A stretch of DNA of 64,000 nt from an uncultured Myxococcales bacterium (GTDB lineage: Bacteria > Myxococcota_A > UBA9042 > CAIXZC01). This document shows, piece by piece, positions 8,616 to 18,200 of this stretch. The DNA lies in assembly GCA_903895725.1 (NCBI GenBank), contig CAITUV010000048.1, positions 8,474 through 72,473 of the forward strand, given 5' to 3'. The notes beneath the pieces are model-generated. The model worked only from the letters and a program-made list of their open reading frames with translations, was not told the DNA's origin and did no database searches. The translations under genes were made by a program, and so were the position numbers. How positions within the stretch are numbered: position 1 is the stretch's first letter; the number at the start of each line of letters is the position of its first letter.

Positions 8616-11600
8616 ATGAAGACTCTCAACAGCCAGGTCGTTCTGCTCCTCGCCCTGCTCATCGCTTTCTCCTGTTCGTCGGGGACCAAGGTCGAGCAGC
8701 CCGACGTGCCGTGCATCGGGGAGGGGTGTCCCTGCATTTTTGGCGCGGACTGCCCCCAGGGCATGAACTGCATCAACGGGTACTGCAGCAGCGAGAATCC
8801 TTTCGGAGACCTGGGCTTCCCCGATTTCGGGCAGGGCGACGTGGCCGGTGAGGACGGCATCGATGCGAGTGGCAGCGAGGTCGACGCCGGACAGGCGGAG
8901 GTCTTCCAGCCTCTGCCCTTCGGCGACGGTTGCACGAGCAACCTGCAATGCGAGTCCGGCTGGTGCGTGGATTCCCCGGATGGCGGCTACTGCTCGAAGA
9001 CGTGCGACGACGGGTGTCCCGACGGCTGGCTGTGCAAGATCGTCGCCCAGACTTATCCCGACACGATCTCCATCTGCGTCCAGGACAAGACCCGACTCTG
9101 TCTGCCGTGTGAGATCGACTCCCATTGCGGAGATGCCGGCGATCTCTGCCTGGAGATCGGCGGGGGAAAGTTCTGTGGCCGCGACTGTGCGGTGGAGCCG
9201 TGCCCCGGCGGCTACGATTGCCTCGAAGTGCCGTCCACCGGAGGCCCGGTCAAACAATGCGTGCCGTCCACCGGAGCCTGCGACTGCAATGCGACTACGG
9301 TGGGACAGGTAAGGGGCTGCCTCGTCACCAATGAGCTGGGAACCTGCTTCGGCATGGAGCACTGCGACGCGCTGCTGGGCTGGGTCGAGTGCTCGGCCGC
9401 GGTGCCCGAGGCCGAGCTCTGCGACGGCCTCGACAACAACTGCAACGGGCAGCCGGACGAAGGATTCTCAGCGGAGCCCTGTTCTTCAGAGAACGAGCTC
9501 GGCACCTGCGTCGGAACCCGTACGTGCCAGGGGGGCGCCGGCTGGGTATGCTCCGCCCCGACTCCGGCGAAGGAAGCGTGCAACGGGCTTGACGACGACT
9601 GCGACGACCAGGTCGACGAGGGGTTCGTCGACGACCAGGGGGCCTACCTCGACGTCGAGAACTGCGGCATGTGCGGCAACTCCTGCCTCGCCAAGTTCGT
9701 GGGTGCTGCGGAGGTGGCTTGCGTGCTCGTAGAGGGGGAGGAGAAGTGCAAGCTGCTGAGCTGCCTGCCCGGCTACTTCATGTTTAACGAGAGCACCTGC
9801 CTGGACGAAGATTCCTTCCTTTGTCAGGTCTGCAACAGCGATGACGACTGCTATGGAGAGTTGTCCAAGTGCCTGCCGGCAAGTGCCACCGACCCCAGGA
9901 CCTTCTGCTTCCGGGACTGCAGCGGCAATGGGGAGTTCAGCCCCACCTGTCCGGGCGGATACACGTGCACCGAAGCGGCGGGGGGAACGCTGTGCCTGCC
10001 CGACAACGGGAGCTGTGACTGCTCCGAAGGGAACGCAGGGCAGACCAAGGGGTGCTCCGTGGAGAACGGGCTCGGCATCTGCTTTGGAACCGAGACGTGC
10101 GAGCCGGAACTGGGATGGACCGGGTGCTCCGCAATGACCCCGTCTCCCGAGGTGTGCGACGGCATCGACAATGACTGCGATGGCGTCATGGACGAGGATA
10201 CGACCCTGGGCGAGCCTTGCCAGACCGCCAACGAGAACGGAACCTGCACGGGAATCGAGCAGTGCGCCGGTCCGATGGGGCTCGTGTGCTCCGCCGCAGT
10301 GCCCGCATCCGAGGTGTGCGACGGCCAGGACAACAACTGCGATGGGAGCACCGACGAGGGATTTGCCGTTCTCGCAGGCGACCCCCCGGTGCTCAAGTAC
10401 GGGCTGAGCCCCAGCCACTGCGGAGCATGCAACTACGAATGCCCCGGGGTCGCCCATGGGACGGTGAAATGCGACCCGATTCCAGCGGTTCCCGCCTGCA
10501 CCGTGGACCAGTGCGATGCCGGCTACTTCGACTACCTCGGTGTGGCCTGTCTGCCTGTCCCGGTTGCAAACCTGTGCGCCCCTTGCCAGGGGGATTCCGA
10601 TTGCCAGGGCCCGGACGATTCCTGCATCGCCGAGCCGGACGGCGCTTCCTTCTGCGGCCGGGACTGCGGCCCGGACAGCATCTACGGAATCGACGGGGCC
10701 GTCTGCACTGGTGTTCCCGGCCAGCAGGGGTGCTGCCCGGACGAGTATCTCTGCCAGGCTGCGGGGACCGGCTTCCAGTGCCGCCCTGTGAGCGGAACCT
10801 GCACGTGCATCGAGGACGGAAAGACCAAGGCGTGCACGGTCGCCAATGCGAACGGCGAGTGCATGGGAATCACGACCTGCTCGGCCTCCGGTCCAAACCC
10901 GGGCTGGAGCGCGTGCAGCGCACAGACGCCTGCGCCGGAAGCGTGCGACGGGTTGGACAACGACTGTGACGGGGCCATCGATGGCCAGGACCCATCGCTC
11001 GGCTTCGCTGGCACGCCCAACGGGTCCCCCGACTGCGCAACGGGTCCCGCCTGCCTCGGCGCCTGGCTCTGCCTGGCCGGGGAGTGGCAATGCACCGCCC
11101 TGGCCGCCTTGCCCGAGAAGTGCGACGGCCTCGACAATGATTGCGACGGAGTGACGGACGAAGGCTTCCTGATCGACGGTCAGTACCAGACCGCCCAGCA
11201 CTGCGGTGCGTGCGGGTACGATTGCCTCCAGCTCATCCCGCACAGCATCGGTCCGCTATGCTCCGTGGCGTCGGGAAAGCCGCAGTGCGTGGCAAGCCAG
11301 TGCGAGCCCGGGTACTTCCCCTACGGCGGTGGAAAGGCCTGCATGAAGCTCCCTGACAATCTCTGCCAGCCGTGCGGCTCCGACGCCGATTGCCTTGTGC
11401 CGTCCAGCCGCTGCGTCGTGCTGGGGCAGGAGATGGTGTGCGGCCGGGACTGCTCGCCAACGAGCCCCTACGGCCAGGTCTGCCCTGCCGGGTACTCCTG
11501 CTTCGCCGCCGGAGCGGTTCAGCAGTGCGTCCCCGATTCCGGGACGTGCGTGTGCGGACCGGACACCGTCGGGTTGTCTCGCTCCTGCACCGATGGCTCG

Positions 11601-13661
11601 TGCATCGGTCAGCAGGTCTGCCAGCAGGTCGGCGGCTCCTACGAGTTCTCACCTTGCTCGGCCGAAGGGGTCGTCGCCGAAGTATGTGACGGCAAAGACA
11701 ACGACTGCGACTCTAAGGTCGACGAGGGGTTCGTCGACCCGCTCGGCAAGTACGTGTCGGACGAGAACTGCGGCGTATGTGGCAACAACTGTCTGGCTCA
11801 GCTCAATGTGCCGGTCCATCATGCCACCGGCGAATGCAACACGTCCATCGACCCGCCCGCCTGCCGCATCGAGCAATGCTCGACCGAGGTGGAGGCAGGC
11901 ACGCTCTACGAGTGGGTGGACGTGAACCAGGTCATGGACGACGGCTGCGAGTGCCGGCGCATCCAGGGGAACTTGACGCAGGACGACCCCGACACCGTGT
12001 TTATCCAGCCGGGCGACATCGCACCGAGCTTCCCTCCCCCGCTCGCCGAGTACGTGGATGCCAACTGCGACGGAGTGGACGGCGTGATGGCTCATGCGCT
12101 CTTCGTGAGCGCTGCGGGCACGGCTCAGGGTACCGGGACTATGGCCTCCCCCTACAAGACCATCGGCCAGGCGGTGAAGGCATTTGCCGCCAGCGGTGCG
12201 AAGTACATCCTCGTAGCGGGGGGCGTCTACCAGGAGAACGTGAAGCTGGAGCCCGGAATCCGGATGCACGGCGGGTATTCGCACGACTTCCAGGCCCGGG
12301 ACATCGTCCTGTTCCCGACCGAGATCCTGGGGTTGCCGCCGGCCCTTGCCGGGGGGGTGACCGGCTCACTGAATGCCGAGGGGATCACCGGCAAGGCGAC
12401 GTTGGTGAGCGGATTCGTGATTCACGGCTACGACGTACTGACGGTTCCCGGGACCGGACCGGGCGAAAGCTCATACGGGGTCTTCGTGAGCGACTCCGAT
12501 TCCAGCCTCGAGATCCGGAACTGCAACCTGGTGGGCGGCGGAGGCGGCCCGGGGGCCAACGGCTCCAACGGGGCCACCGGATTCGGCAGTCTCTCGCAGG
12601 GAGGCAGCCAGCTCAACGCCGCTGCCGGAGTCAATGCGGGGAGCTGCGTGGCCGGGACGTGCACCACCAGCAAGGCATCGGGAGGGGCCGGCGGGACCAA
12701 CCCGCAGTGCGCCGTGGCCAACGGACCGGCCGGTGGCGGCGTAATCTGTCCGGAGTACAACAAGCCGTCGTACACGCCCGTCAATCCAGGGCTCGACGGA
12801 GCCCCCGGGTATAGCTGGACGCTGGACAGCCTGTCTTCGGGCGGGTGCTACGGTCACGCGACCGAGGCCGGCTACCCGACTGCCATCAAGAAGATGGATG
12901 GGGGCGACGGCAGCGCTGGGGCCGACGGAGCTGGCGGGCTCCAGGGGTCAGGCTGTGCCGCGGTCGCCGGTGCCTTCGTCAATGGGCTGTGGAAGGGAGC
13001 TGCCGGAGCCGGGGGAGCCGGCGGTATCGAAGGCCAGGGGGGAGGTAGCGGCGGTTCCTCCGGAGGCGTCGACACGGCATCCGCTGCCGAGATGCCACCC
13101 GGAGTCGGGGCGTACGGTGGGGCCTCGTACAAGCTCGGTGCCACAGGCGGTGGCGGCGGTGCAGGCGGATGCGGAGGCAAGGGGGGGACCGGCGGAGAGA
13201 GCGGAGGGGCCAGCATTGCCCTTCTCGTCCGGTTCTCTTCGCCCCAGGCCGTGACCAGCGCCCCCGTCGTCGCTGCCAACCTCGTGGAGCGCGGGTACGG
13301 CGGAAGCGGCGGCAACGGCGGGTACGGAGGTCTCGGCGGCAAGGGCGGCAACGGCGGCAACGGCGGAACCGCACCGGGGTACTGGATCGACTTCAAGGCC
13401 GGCAAGGGAGGCCGAGGAGGCCAGGGAGGCGAGGGCGGTGGCGGAGGAGGAGGCTGCGGCGGCGCTTCGTTCGGGATTGCGGCAGCCAACTATCCCGCTG
13501 CGTGGAACATCCCCTATGCCACCGCCAACGAGTTCGCTCTGGCCGAGGCAACCAAGACCGGAGGCGTGGGCGGAAAGGCCGGAGCGTCTGGAACGGCCAA
13601 CCCGGCCGGTGACGGCCAGGATGGCGGCACCGTGAACGTCTCCTTCTCACCGGCCCCCTGA
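8616..13661 (+). CDS. Giant Cys-rich lipoprotein, same architecture (paralog 2, 1681 aa)
   Basis: Starts 1 nt after the previous stop; lipobox IAFSC; same repeats; DANCDGVDG...ALFV...PYKTIGQAV...GGYS and Gly-rich tail. Confidence 0.85.
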   Translation: MKTLNSQVVLLLALLIAFSCSSGTKVEQPDVPCIGEGCPCIFGADCPQGMNCINGYCSSENPFGDLGFPDFGQGDVAGEDGIDASGSEVDAGQAEVFQPLPFGDGCTSNLQCESGWCVDSPDGGYCSKTCDDGCPDGWLCKIVAQTYPDTISICVQDKTRLCLPCEIDSHCGDAGDLCLEIGGGKFCGRDCAVEPCPGGYDCLEVPSTGGPVKQCVPSTGACDCNATTVGQVRGCLVTNELGTCFGMEHCDALLGWVECSAAVPEAELCDGLDNNCNGQPDEGFSAEPCSSENELGTCVGTRTCQGGAGWVCSAPTPAKEACNGLDDDCDDQVDEGFVDDQGAYLDVENCGMCGNSCLAKFVGAAEVACVLVEGEEKCKLLSCLPGYFMFNESTCLDEDSFLCQVCNSDDDCYGELSKCLPASATDPRTFCFRDCSGNGEFSPTCPGGYTCTEAAGGTLCLPDNGSCDCSEGNAGQTKGCSVENGLGICFGTETCEPELGWTGCSAMTPSPEVCDGIDNDCDGVMDEDTTLGEPCQTANENGTCTGIEQCAGPMGLVCSAAVPASEVCDGQDNNCDGSTDEGFAVLAGDPPVLKYGLSPSHCGACNYECPGVAHGTVKCDPIPAVPACTVDQCDAGYFDYLGVACLPVPVANLCAPCQGDSDCQGPDDSCIAEPDGASFCGRDCGPDSIYGIDGAVCTGVPGQQGCCPDEYLCQAAGTGFQCRPVSGTCTCIEDGKTKACTVANANGECMGITTCSASGPNPGWSACSAQTPAPEACDGLDNDCDGAIDGQDPSLGFAGTPNGSPDCATGPACLGAWLCLAGEWQCTALAALPEKCDGLDNDCDGVTDEGFLIDGQYQTAQHCGACGYDCLQLIPHSIGPLCSVASGKPQCVASQCEPGYFPYGGGKACMKLPDNLCQPCGSDADCLVPSSRCVVLGQEMVCGRDCSPTSPYGQVCPAGYSCFAAGAVQQCVPDSGTCVCGPDTVGLSRSCTDGSCIGQQVCQQVGGSYEFSPCSAEGVVAEVCDGKDNDCDSKVDEGFVDPLGKYVSDENCGVCGNNCLAQLNVPVHHATGECNTSIDPPACRIEQCSTEVEAGTLYEWVDVNQVMDDGCECRRIQGNLTQDDPDTVFIQPGDIAPSFPPPLAEYVDANCDGVDGVMAHALFVSAAGTAQGTGTMASPYKTIGQAVKAFAASGAKYILVAGGVYQENVKLEPGIRMHGGYSHDFQARDIVLFPTEILGLPPALAGGVTGSLNAEGITGKATLVSGFVIHGYDVLTVPGTGPGESSYGVFVSDSDSSLEIRNCNLVGGGGGPGANGSNGATGFGSLSQGGSQLNAAAGVNAGSCVAGTCTTSKASGGAGGTNPQCAVANGPAGGGVICPEYNKPSYTPVNPGLDGAPGYSWTLDSLSSGGCYGHATEAGYPTAIKKMDGGDGSAGADGAGGLQGSGCAAVAGAFVNGLWKGAAGAGGAGGIEGQGGGSGGSSGGVDTASAAEMPPGVGAYGGASYKLGATGGGGGAGGCGGKGGTGGESGGASIALLVRFSSPQAVTSAPVVAANLVERGYGGSGGNGGYGGLGGKGGNGGNGGTAPGYWIDFKAGKGGRGGQGGEGGGGGGGCGGASFGIAAANYPAAWNIPYATANEFALAEATKTGGVGGKAGASGTANPAGDGQDGGTVNVSFSPAP

Positions 13662-13688
13662 CCCAACGGTCTCCACCGCCCTTCTTGA

Positions 13689-13967
13689 CGCACCGTACTC
13701 GACGCATCAAGCCGGTGCGAGCTGGTCCTCCGATTCTACGGTCTTGCCGGTCCGCAAATTGCGTTCGGTCCCGAGTTCACCGGGAAGATCACGGTGGAGG
13801 CCGGGACCGGAGGGAAGCAGGAGGCCTGCCTCGACCTGTCCGCAGCGCTCAAGGTCGATGCCGATTTCGTGGTGGACCTGTTCGGGCTGATCGAGCTGGC
13901 CGAGAAGAACTTCGGCTCGTGGAACATCAAGACCTGGGACATCCTCGACAAGTCCTGGTCGATGTAG
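13689..13967 (+). pseudogene. Start-less gene remnant (C-terminal fragment of an unknown beta-rich protein)
   Basis: Frame from 13719 reads ELVLRFYGLAGPQIAFGPEFTGKITVEAGTGGKQEACLDLSAALKVDADFVVDLFGLIELAEKNFGSWNIKTWDILDKSWSM-TAG(13965-13967) with host-like GC3 codons; in-frame TGA at 13686 and no start codon before the protein-like part. Confidence 0.5.
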
Positions 13968-13972
13968 GGCGA

Positions 13973-14947
13973 CTACATGCACTGACCGTCTGAGCAGCCC
14001 GAACCGGGTGGGCAGCAGATCGAGCCGCACTGGACTCCCGGACAGCTGCATTGTCCTTCCGAGCACACGTCACCGTTCACGCAGCTGCCGCAGTAGCCGC
14101 CGCAGCCGTCGCTGCCGCACTCCTTCCCCCAACAATCCGGGGTACACTGGCACTTGCCGCCTCCACACACGGACTTCGGATAGGGGCACTGCCCGCAGGT
14201 ACCGCCGCAGCCGTCGTCGCCACACTCCTTGCCCTGGCAGTTGGCTGCGTGGTCGCAGCATCCGCCGTTCCAGCAGACCTTGGCGGTACCACACGACGTC
14301 CCGTTGTCGACCGGCGACCACGCATACAGGGAATCGGCGGGCTTGCATTTCTGGCAGGAGTTGCCCTCCGCCTCAGCTCCAGAAGGGACACACTTCTGTT
14401 CGATGACGCAGAAGTACGCCTGCACCACGAATGTGCACAGGCCTGAGCCACAGGAATCCTCGGTGCAGAAAAGCCCGTCGTTGCACAGGCCGCATAATCC
14501 TGCGCAGCCGTCGCTCCCGCACTCCTTTCCGGCGCATTGGGGAGTGCAGCTCGTCTCTCCGTCTGCGACCTCGTCGGCATCCGAATCATCCGACGCCGCG
14601 TCTGCGGGACCATCGTCACCCGCTTCAAGGTCTGCCAAGGCATCCTCGGGGTTCGACCCGTCCGGGGCCGAGTCAGCCGTGATGTCTTTCGGACCGACGT
14701 CCAGGTCTCCCGGAGCGACTTCAGGCGGTCCGGGAGCATCGGCTCCGTCCGACCGGCCATCGGCATCGGCCACCTCGGAGCCAGCGTCGGTTGGCGGAGC
14801 CACACTATCGGCCATTCCGTCGCCAGCGCGTCCATCGCCAGCGCCGTCAACCGAGTCGAGCGGGGTCGACGTGATGGACACTCCCTTGTCCAGGCAGCCG
14901 GCTACGGTGCACGCAGATGCGAGGAGGATGAACAGGGGGAGCTTCAT
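13973..14947 (-). CDS. Cys-rich lipoprotein with acidic linker and CxPxCxGKECGxDGCGGxCGxC repeats (324 aa)
   Basis: Lipobox VAGC, Asp/Ala/Pro-rich linker, three GKECGxDGC repeats. Confidence 0.8.
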   Translation of the reverse strand: MKLPLFILLASACTVAGCLDKGVSITSTPLDSVDGAGDGRAGDGMADSVAPPTDAGSEVADADGRSDGADAPGPPEVAPGDLDVGPKDITADSAPDGSNPEDALADLEAGDDGPADAASDDSDADEVADGETSCTPQCAGKECGSDGCAGLCGLCNDGLFCTEDSCGSGLCTFVVQAYFCVIEQKCVPSGAEAEGNSCQKCKPADSLYAWSPVDNGTSCGTAKVCWNGGCCDHAANCQGKECGDDGCGGTCGQCPYPKSVCGGGKCQCTPDCWGKECGSDGCGGYCGSCVNGDVCSEGQCSCPGVQCGSICCPPGSGCSDGQCM

Positions 14948-15345
14948 CGGTCAGCCGTCTCCAGGTTAGAGCCACAGGCCAGGGCCGCCTCGTCGGGACG
15001 GGAGGCCGAACCGAGACCCCGAGGATACTGCATCTCGAGCACGCTGTGAAGCGCTCTGACGTGGTGTGTCGTCCCGATGGAAATCCTGTCCTGCCGACCC
15101 ACGTGGCGCAACCCGGTCGGAGTTGCTGTGACAGAGACGCCGGGGGTCACCGCCGCAGAGGGCGGGGCCAGCGAGGGAGCCGTCCGCTGGGCACTCGGGG
15201 CACTGAGGGACTGCGCTCGGCACAGGGCAGGTCCCGCAAGCCCGACCGGTCGGTCGAAAAGCGCTTGAACCCCGGCAGTGGATGTGCTTTGATCAACAGG
15301 AGTTGGCGCCCGAGTTACTTTCCCCTTTGCAGCGGAGTGGAACCC

Positions 15346-18195
15346 ATGTGGAAGCCGGTTTGGGCGGGGTTGGCGGTGGTCCTGGCGATGGGGTGCGGCA
15401 ACGACCCGGCATCTCCGAAGGAGGACGTGGCGCTCGCTGAGGACCTCATGCAGGAGGACTCGCCCGTCAGCTGCCTGGGGGCGGTCTGCAAGACCGGCAT
15501 GGATTGCGAGAAGACCGGTCCGTGCGTGGCCGCAACGAACTGCGTGGATGGGTGTTGCAGCTACGTCCTCAAGGAGGCGGGCACCGCCTGCGAGCTGCCG
15601 TGCATGGCGGGCGGCGAGTGCAACGGAGCCGGCGAGTGCGTGGGGACGGAGACGCTGGTATGCGAAGAGAAGGACGGCAACCCGTGCACGGTCCCCTTCT
15701 GCGACCCCAAGACGGGAAAGTGCGGCGATGCGGAGGAACCGCTTCCGGACGGAGCGGCCCCCATGGAATCGAGCTGCTGGAGCGGGCTGTCGTGCAAGGA
15801 CGGGCAGGTCGACCAGGGGGCGGCGATGGCCACGGCGCTGAAGATCGAGTGCGACGAGAAGAACGCAGCGCTCGACCCGTTCGGATGCATCGAGCAGGTC
15901 GTCTGCGTGGACAGCATGGAGGAGTGCAAGCTCCTGCTCAAGCCCGAGGGAGCGCAATGCTGGAGTGAGGATGTCGGGGGGACTGGCCCGGTATGCAGCG
16001 GCAGAGCATGCGGCGCAGCGGGCGAGTGCGTGGAGAGCGAGACATTCACCGTCACGTGCGATGACGCCTCCTACCCGGAGGACTGCAATGAGCTGTGCAA
16101 GGCATGCACCCGGCTGACCTGCTTCTGGATCCCGGATCCGGCCGGCCAGGGAGCTGCGGGAAAGAAAATCAAGTACTGCCAGGTGGCGGCCAATGTGGGG
16201 GATGCGTGCGACGACGGCAGCGTCTGCACGGTGGGGGATGCCTGCGTGCTGGAGGGAACCGCCGAGGGACCCATGGGGAAGGAGACGCTCGCCATCTGCC
16301 AACCGGGACCGGCCAAGACCAAGTCGGACTGTCTGTCCGAGCTGGACCTGCCCGAGCTGCCCTGTCTCAAGTCAGGAACGGCCTGCGATCCGGTGTCAGG
16401 GTGCGGCATCGATCAGGCATCCGCGGACGCCTGGTGCCTTCCGCCCCAGGCGGCCTGCGTGGATGAAGCGCAGACCTGGTGCTCTCACATCGACATTGGG
16501 GACGGGCTGTGGAACGAGGCCACGGGGTGCCACGTGGCAACTTCGGCCGGAGAGTGCGATGACGGGAATTCGTGCACTCAGGACGGCTGCGACCTCGGTG
16601 GCGGATGCATTCATCAGCCGCTCAACGGCGGCCTGTGCGACGACGGAAATGTGACGACGACCGACGATGCGTGCCAGATGGGGATGTGCATCGGACTGCC
16701 GGACGCGGACATGGACTGGGTGGCGGATAGCGGTTACAACGGTCCGTGCATCTCCGGCAACACCGAGGCCTGCAACGACAACTGCCCCGGGAATCCGAAC
16801 CCCAAGCAGGAGGATGCGGATGGCAACGGGGTTGGAGACGGCTGCATCTGCAACGCCAACTGTACGGGCAAGGTATGCGGGAACGACGGCTGCGGGGGCT
16901 CGTGCGGTGTGTGCCAGGTCAACCAGACCTGCGTCAAGGGGCAGTGCGTGTTCACGTGCGACCCGGTGGACGGGGGGTGGAGCGACTGGACGTGCGGCGT
17001 CTGCTCCAAGTCGTGCGGCGGCGGAACTCAGAACTGCACACGGTACTGCAACAACCCGTCTCCGAGCTGCGGTGGTCTTGATTGCGTCGGTTCGGGTACG
17101 TCGACGACCCCCTGCAACTCCCAGCCCTGTGCCGCCTGTCCAAACGGCTCGTGCGAGGCCGGTGAAACATGCTGCACCTGTCCCGCTGACTGCGGCGGCT
17201 GCTGCGGTAACGGCCTGTGCGACTGCAACGAGACGAACCAGTCCTGTGCGGCGGACTGTGCGAACCCTGACGGCTGCTTCCCGGCCTGCAACGCGGCCAC
17301 CGAGACGTGTGCCAAGACTTCGTCCGGCTCCTGGGCCTGCGCACCCAAGCTCGTGACCATCCCGGCGGGAAGCTTCTGGATGGGCTGCAACAATTGTGAG
17401 GACTCACAGGTCCTCGACGGCGAATGCGACGCGGACGAGCACCCCTATCACGAGGTCTACCTCGATGCCTACGAGATCGAGCGGACCGAGGTCACCGTCG
17501 ACCAGTACGCTGCCTGCGTCACCATGGGGGCCTGCACCGATCCGGCGGGAACTGCCTACAACCCATCCTCCTGCACGTGGCAGAAGCCGGGCAAGGGGAA
17601 CGTGCCGATCAACTGCATCACGTGGACCCAGGCCAACGAGTATTGCGCCTGGACCGGAAGGAAGATGTGCACCGAGGCGCAGTGGGAGAAGGGCGCCCGC
17701 GGCGGGTGTGAGCTCAACGGAGGGCCGGCCAACTGCAAGGCGCAGAGCCGCAAATACCCGTGGGGAAACGCTCCGGTGACCTGCCAGAACGCCGTGACCT
17801 GGGAATGCTCGAAGGATCCTGTGGCCGTCTGCTCCGTCTCGCCCCAGGGCGACAGCCCTTACGGCCTGTGCGACATGGTCGGGAATATCTGGGAGTGGAC
17901 CGCTGACGTGTACAGCCCCGAGTACTACTGTGCGGGCCCGGATGCGGACATCGACTTCCCGTGGGACACGTGCCAGGTCTGCGGGGCCTGGTGGGGGGGG
18001 CCGGCCGCATGGAACAACCCGGTCGGGCCGCCCAAGAATCCCAATGACCCGCCGGGAGGAAGCTGGCCGACGTTCCGAAGCACGCGGGGGGGCGGGGTCT
18101 TCACCTTTGCCTCCAGTGCGCGGGTGTCGAGCCGCTACCCCCTCCCCGGTGCGTTCACGTCCGAAGACGCCAAGGGATTCCGCTGCTGCCGATAA
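15346..18195 (+). CDS. Cys-rich lipoprotein with TSP3-like and TSP1 repeats and a C-terminal FGE-sulfatase (SUMF1/C-lectin-fold) domain (about 949 aa)
   Basis: Start reassigned to ATG 15346 (MWKPVWAGLAVVLAMGC lipobox, GGAG SD). DNCPGNPNPKQEDADGNGVGDGC (TSP3-like); PVDGGWSDW...CSKSCGGG (TSP1); IPAGSFWMG...EHPYHEVYLDAYEIERTEVT...EAQWEKGARG...SPYGLCDMVGNIWEW...GFRCCR (FGE family). Confidence 0.85.
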   Translation: MWKPVWAGLAVVLAMGCGNDPASPKEDVALAEDLMQEDSPVSCLGAVCKTGMDCEKTGPCVAATNCVDGCCSYVLKEAGTACELPCMAGGECNGAGECVGTETLVCEEKDGNPCTVPFCDPKTGKCGDAEEPLPDGAAPMESSCWSGLSCKDGQVDQGAAMATALKIECDEKNAALDPFGCIEQVVCVDSMEECKLLLKPEGAQCWSEDVGGTGPVCSGRACGAAGECVESETFTVTCDDASYPEDCNELCKACTRLTCFWIPDPAGQGAAGKKIKYCQVAANVGDACDDGSVCTVGDACVLEGTAEGPMGKETLAICQPGPAKTKSDCLSELDLPELPCLKSGTACDPVSGCGIDQASADAWCLPPQAACVDEAQTWCSHIDIGDGLWNEATGCHVATSAGECDDGNSCTQDGCDLGGGCIHQPLNGGLCDDGNVTTTDDACQMGMCIGLPDADMDWVADSGYNGPCISGNTEACNDNCPGNPNPKQEDADGNGVGDGCICNANCTGKVCGNDGCGGSCGVCQVNQTCVKGQCVFTCDPVDGGWSDWTCGVCSKSCGGGTQNCTRYCNNPSPSCGGLDCVGSGTSTTPCNSQPCAACPNGSCEAGETCCTCPADCGGCCGNGLCDCNETNQSCAADCANPDGCFPACNAATETCAKTSSGSWACAPKLVTIPAGSFWMGCNNCEDSQVLDGECDADEHPYHEVYLDAYEIERTEVTVDQYAACVTMGACTDPAGTAYNPSSCTWQKPGKGNVPINCITWTQANEYCAWTGRKMCTEAQWEKGARGGCELNGGPANCKAQSRKYPWGNAPVTCQNAVTWECSKDPVAVCSVSPQGDSPYGLCDMVGNIWEWTADVYSPEYYCAGPDADIDFPWDTCQVCGAWWGGPAAWNNPVGPPKNPNDPPGGSWPTFRSTRGGGVFTFASSARVSSRYPLPGAFTSEDAKGFRCCR

Positions 18196-18200
18196 GGGGG

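Noticed and set aside
14948-15345. 400-bp divergent intergenic region examined for a riboswitch or sRNA
   Set aside because: Only weak GC hairpins, a cgaccggtcg palindrome and a weak TTGAAC-N17-TTTGAT promoter match were seen; no recognisable RNA family motif.
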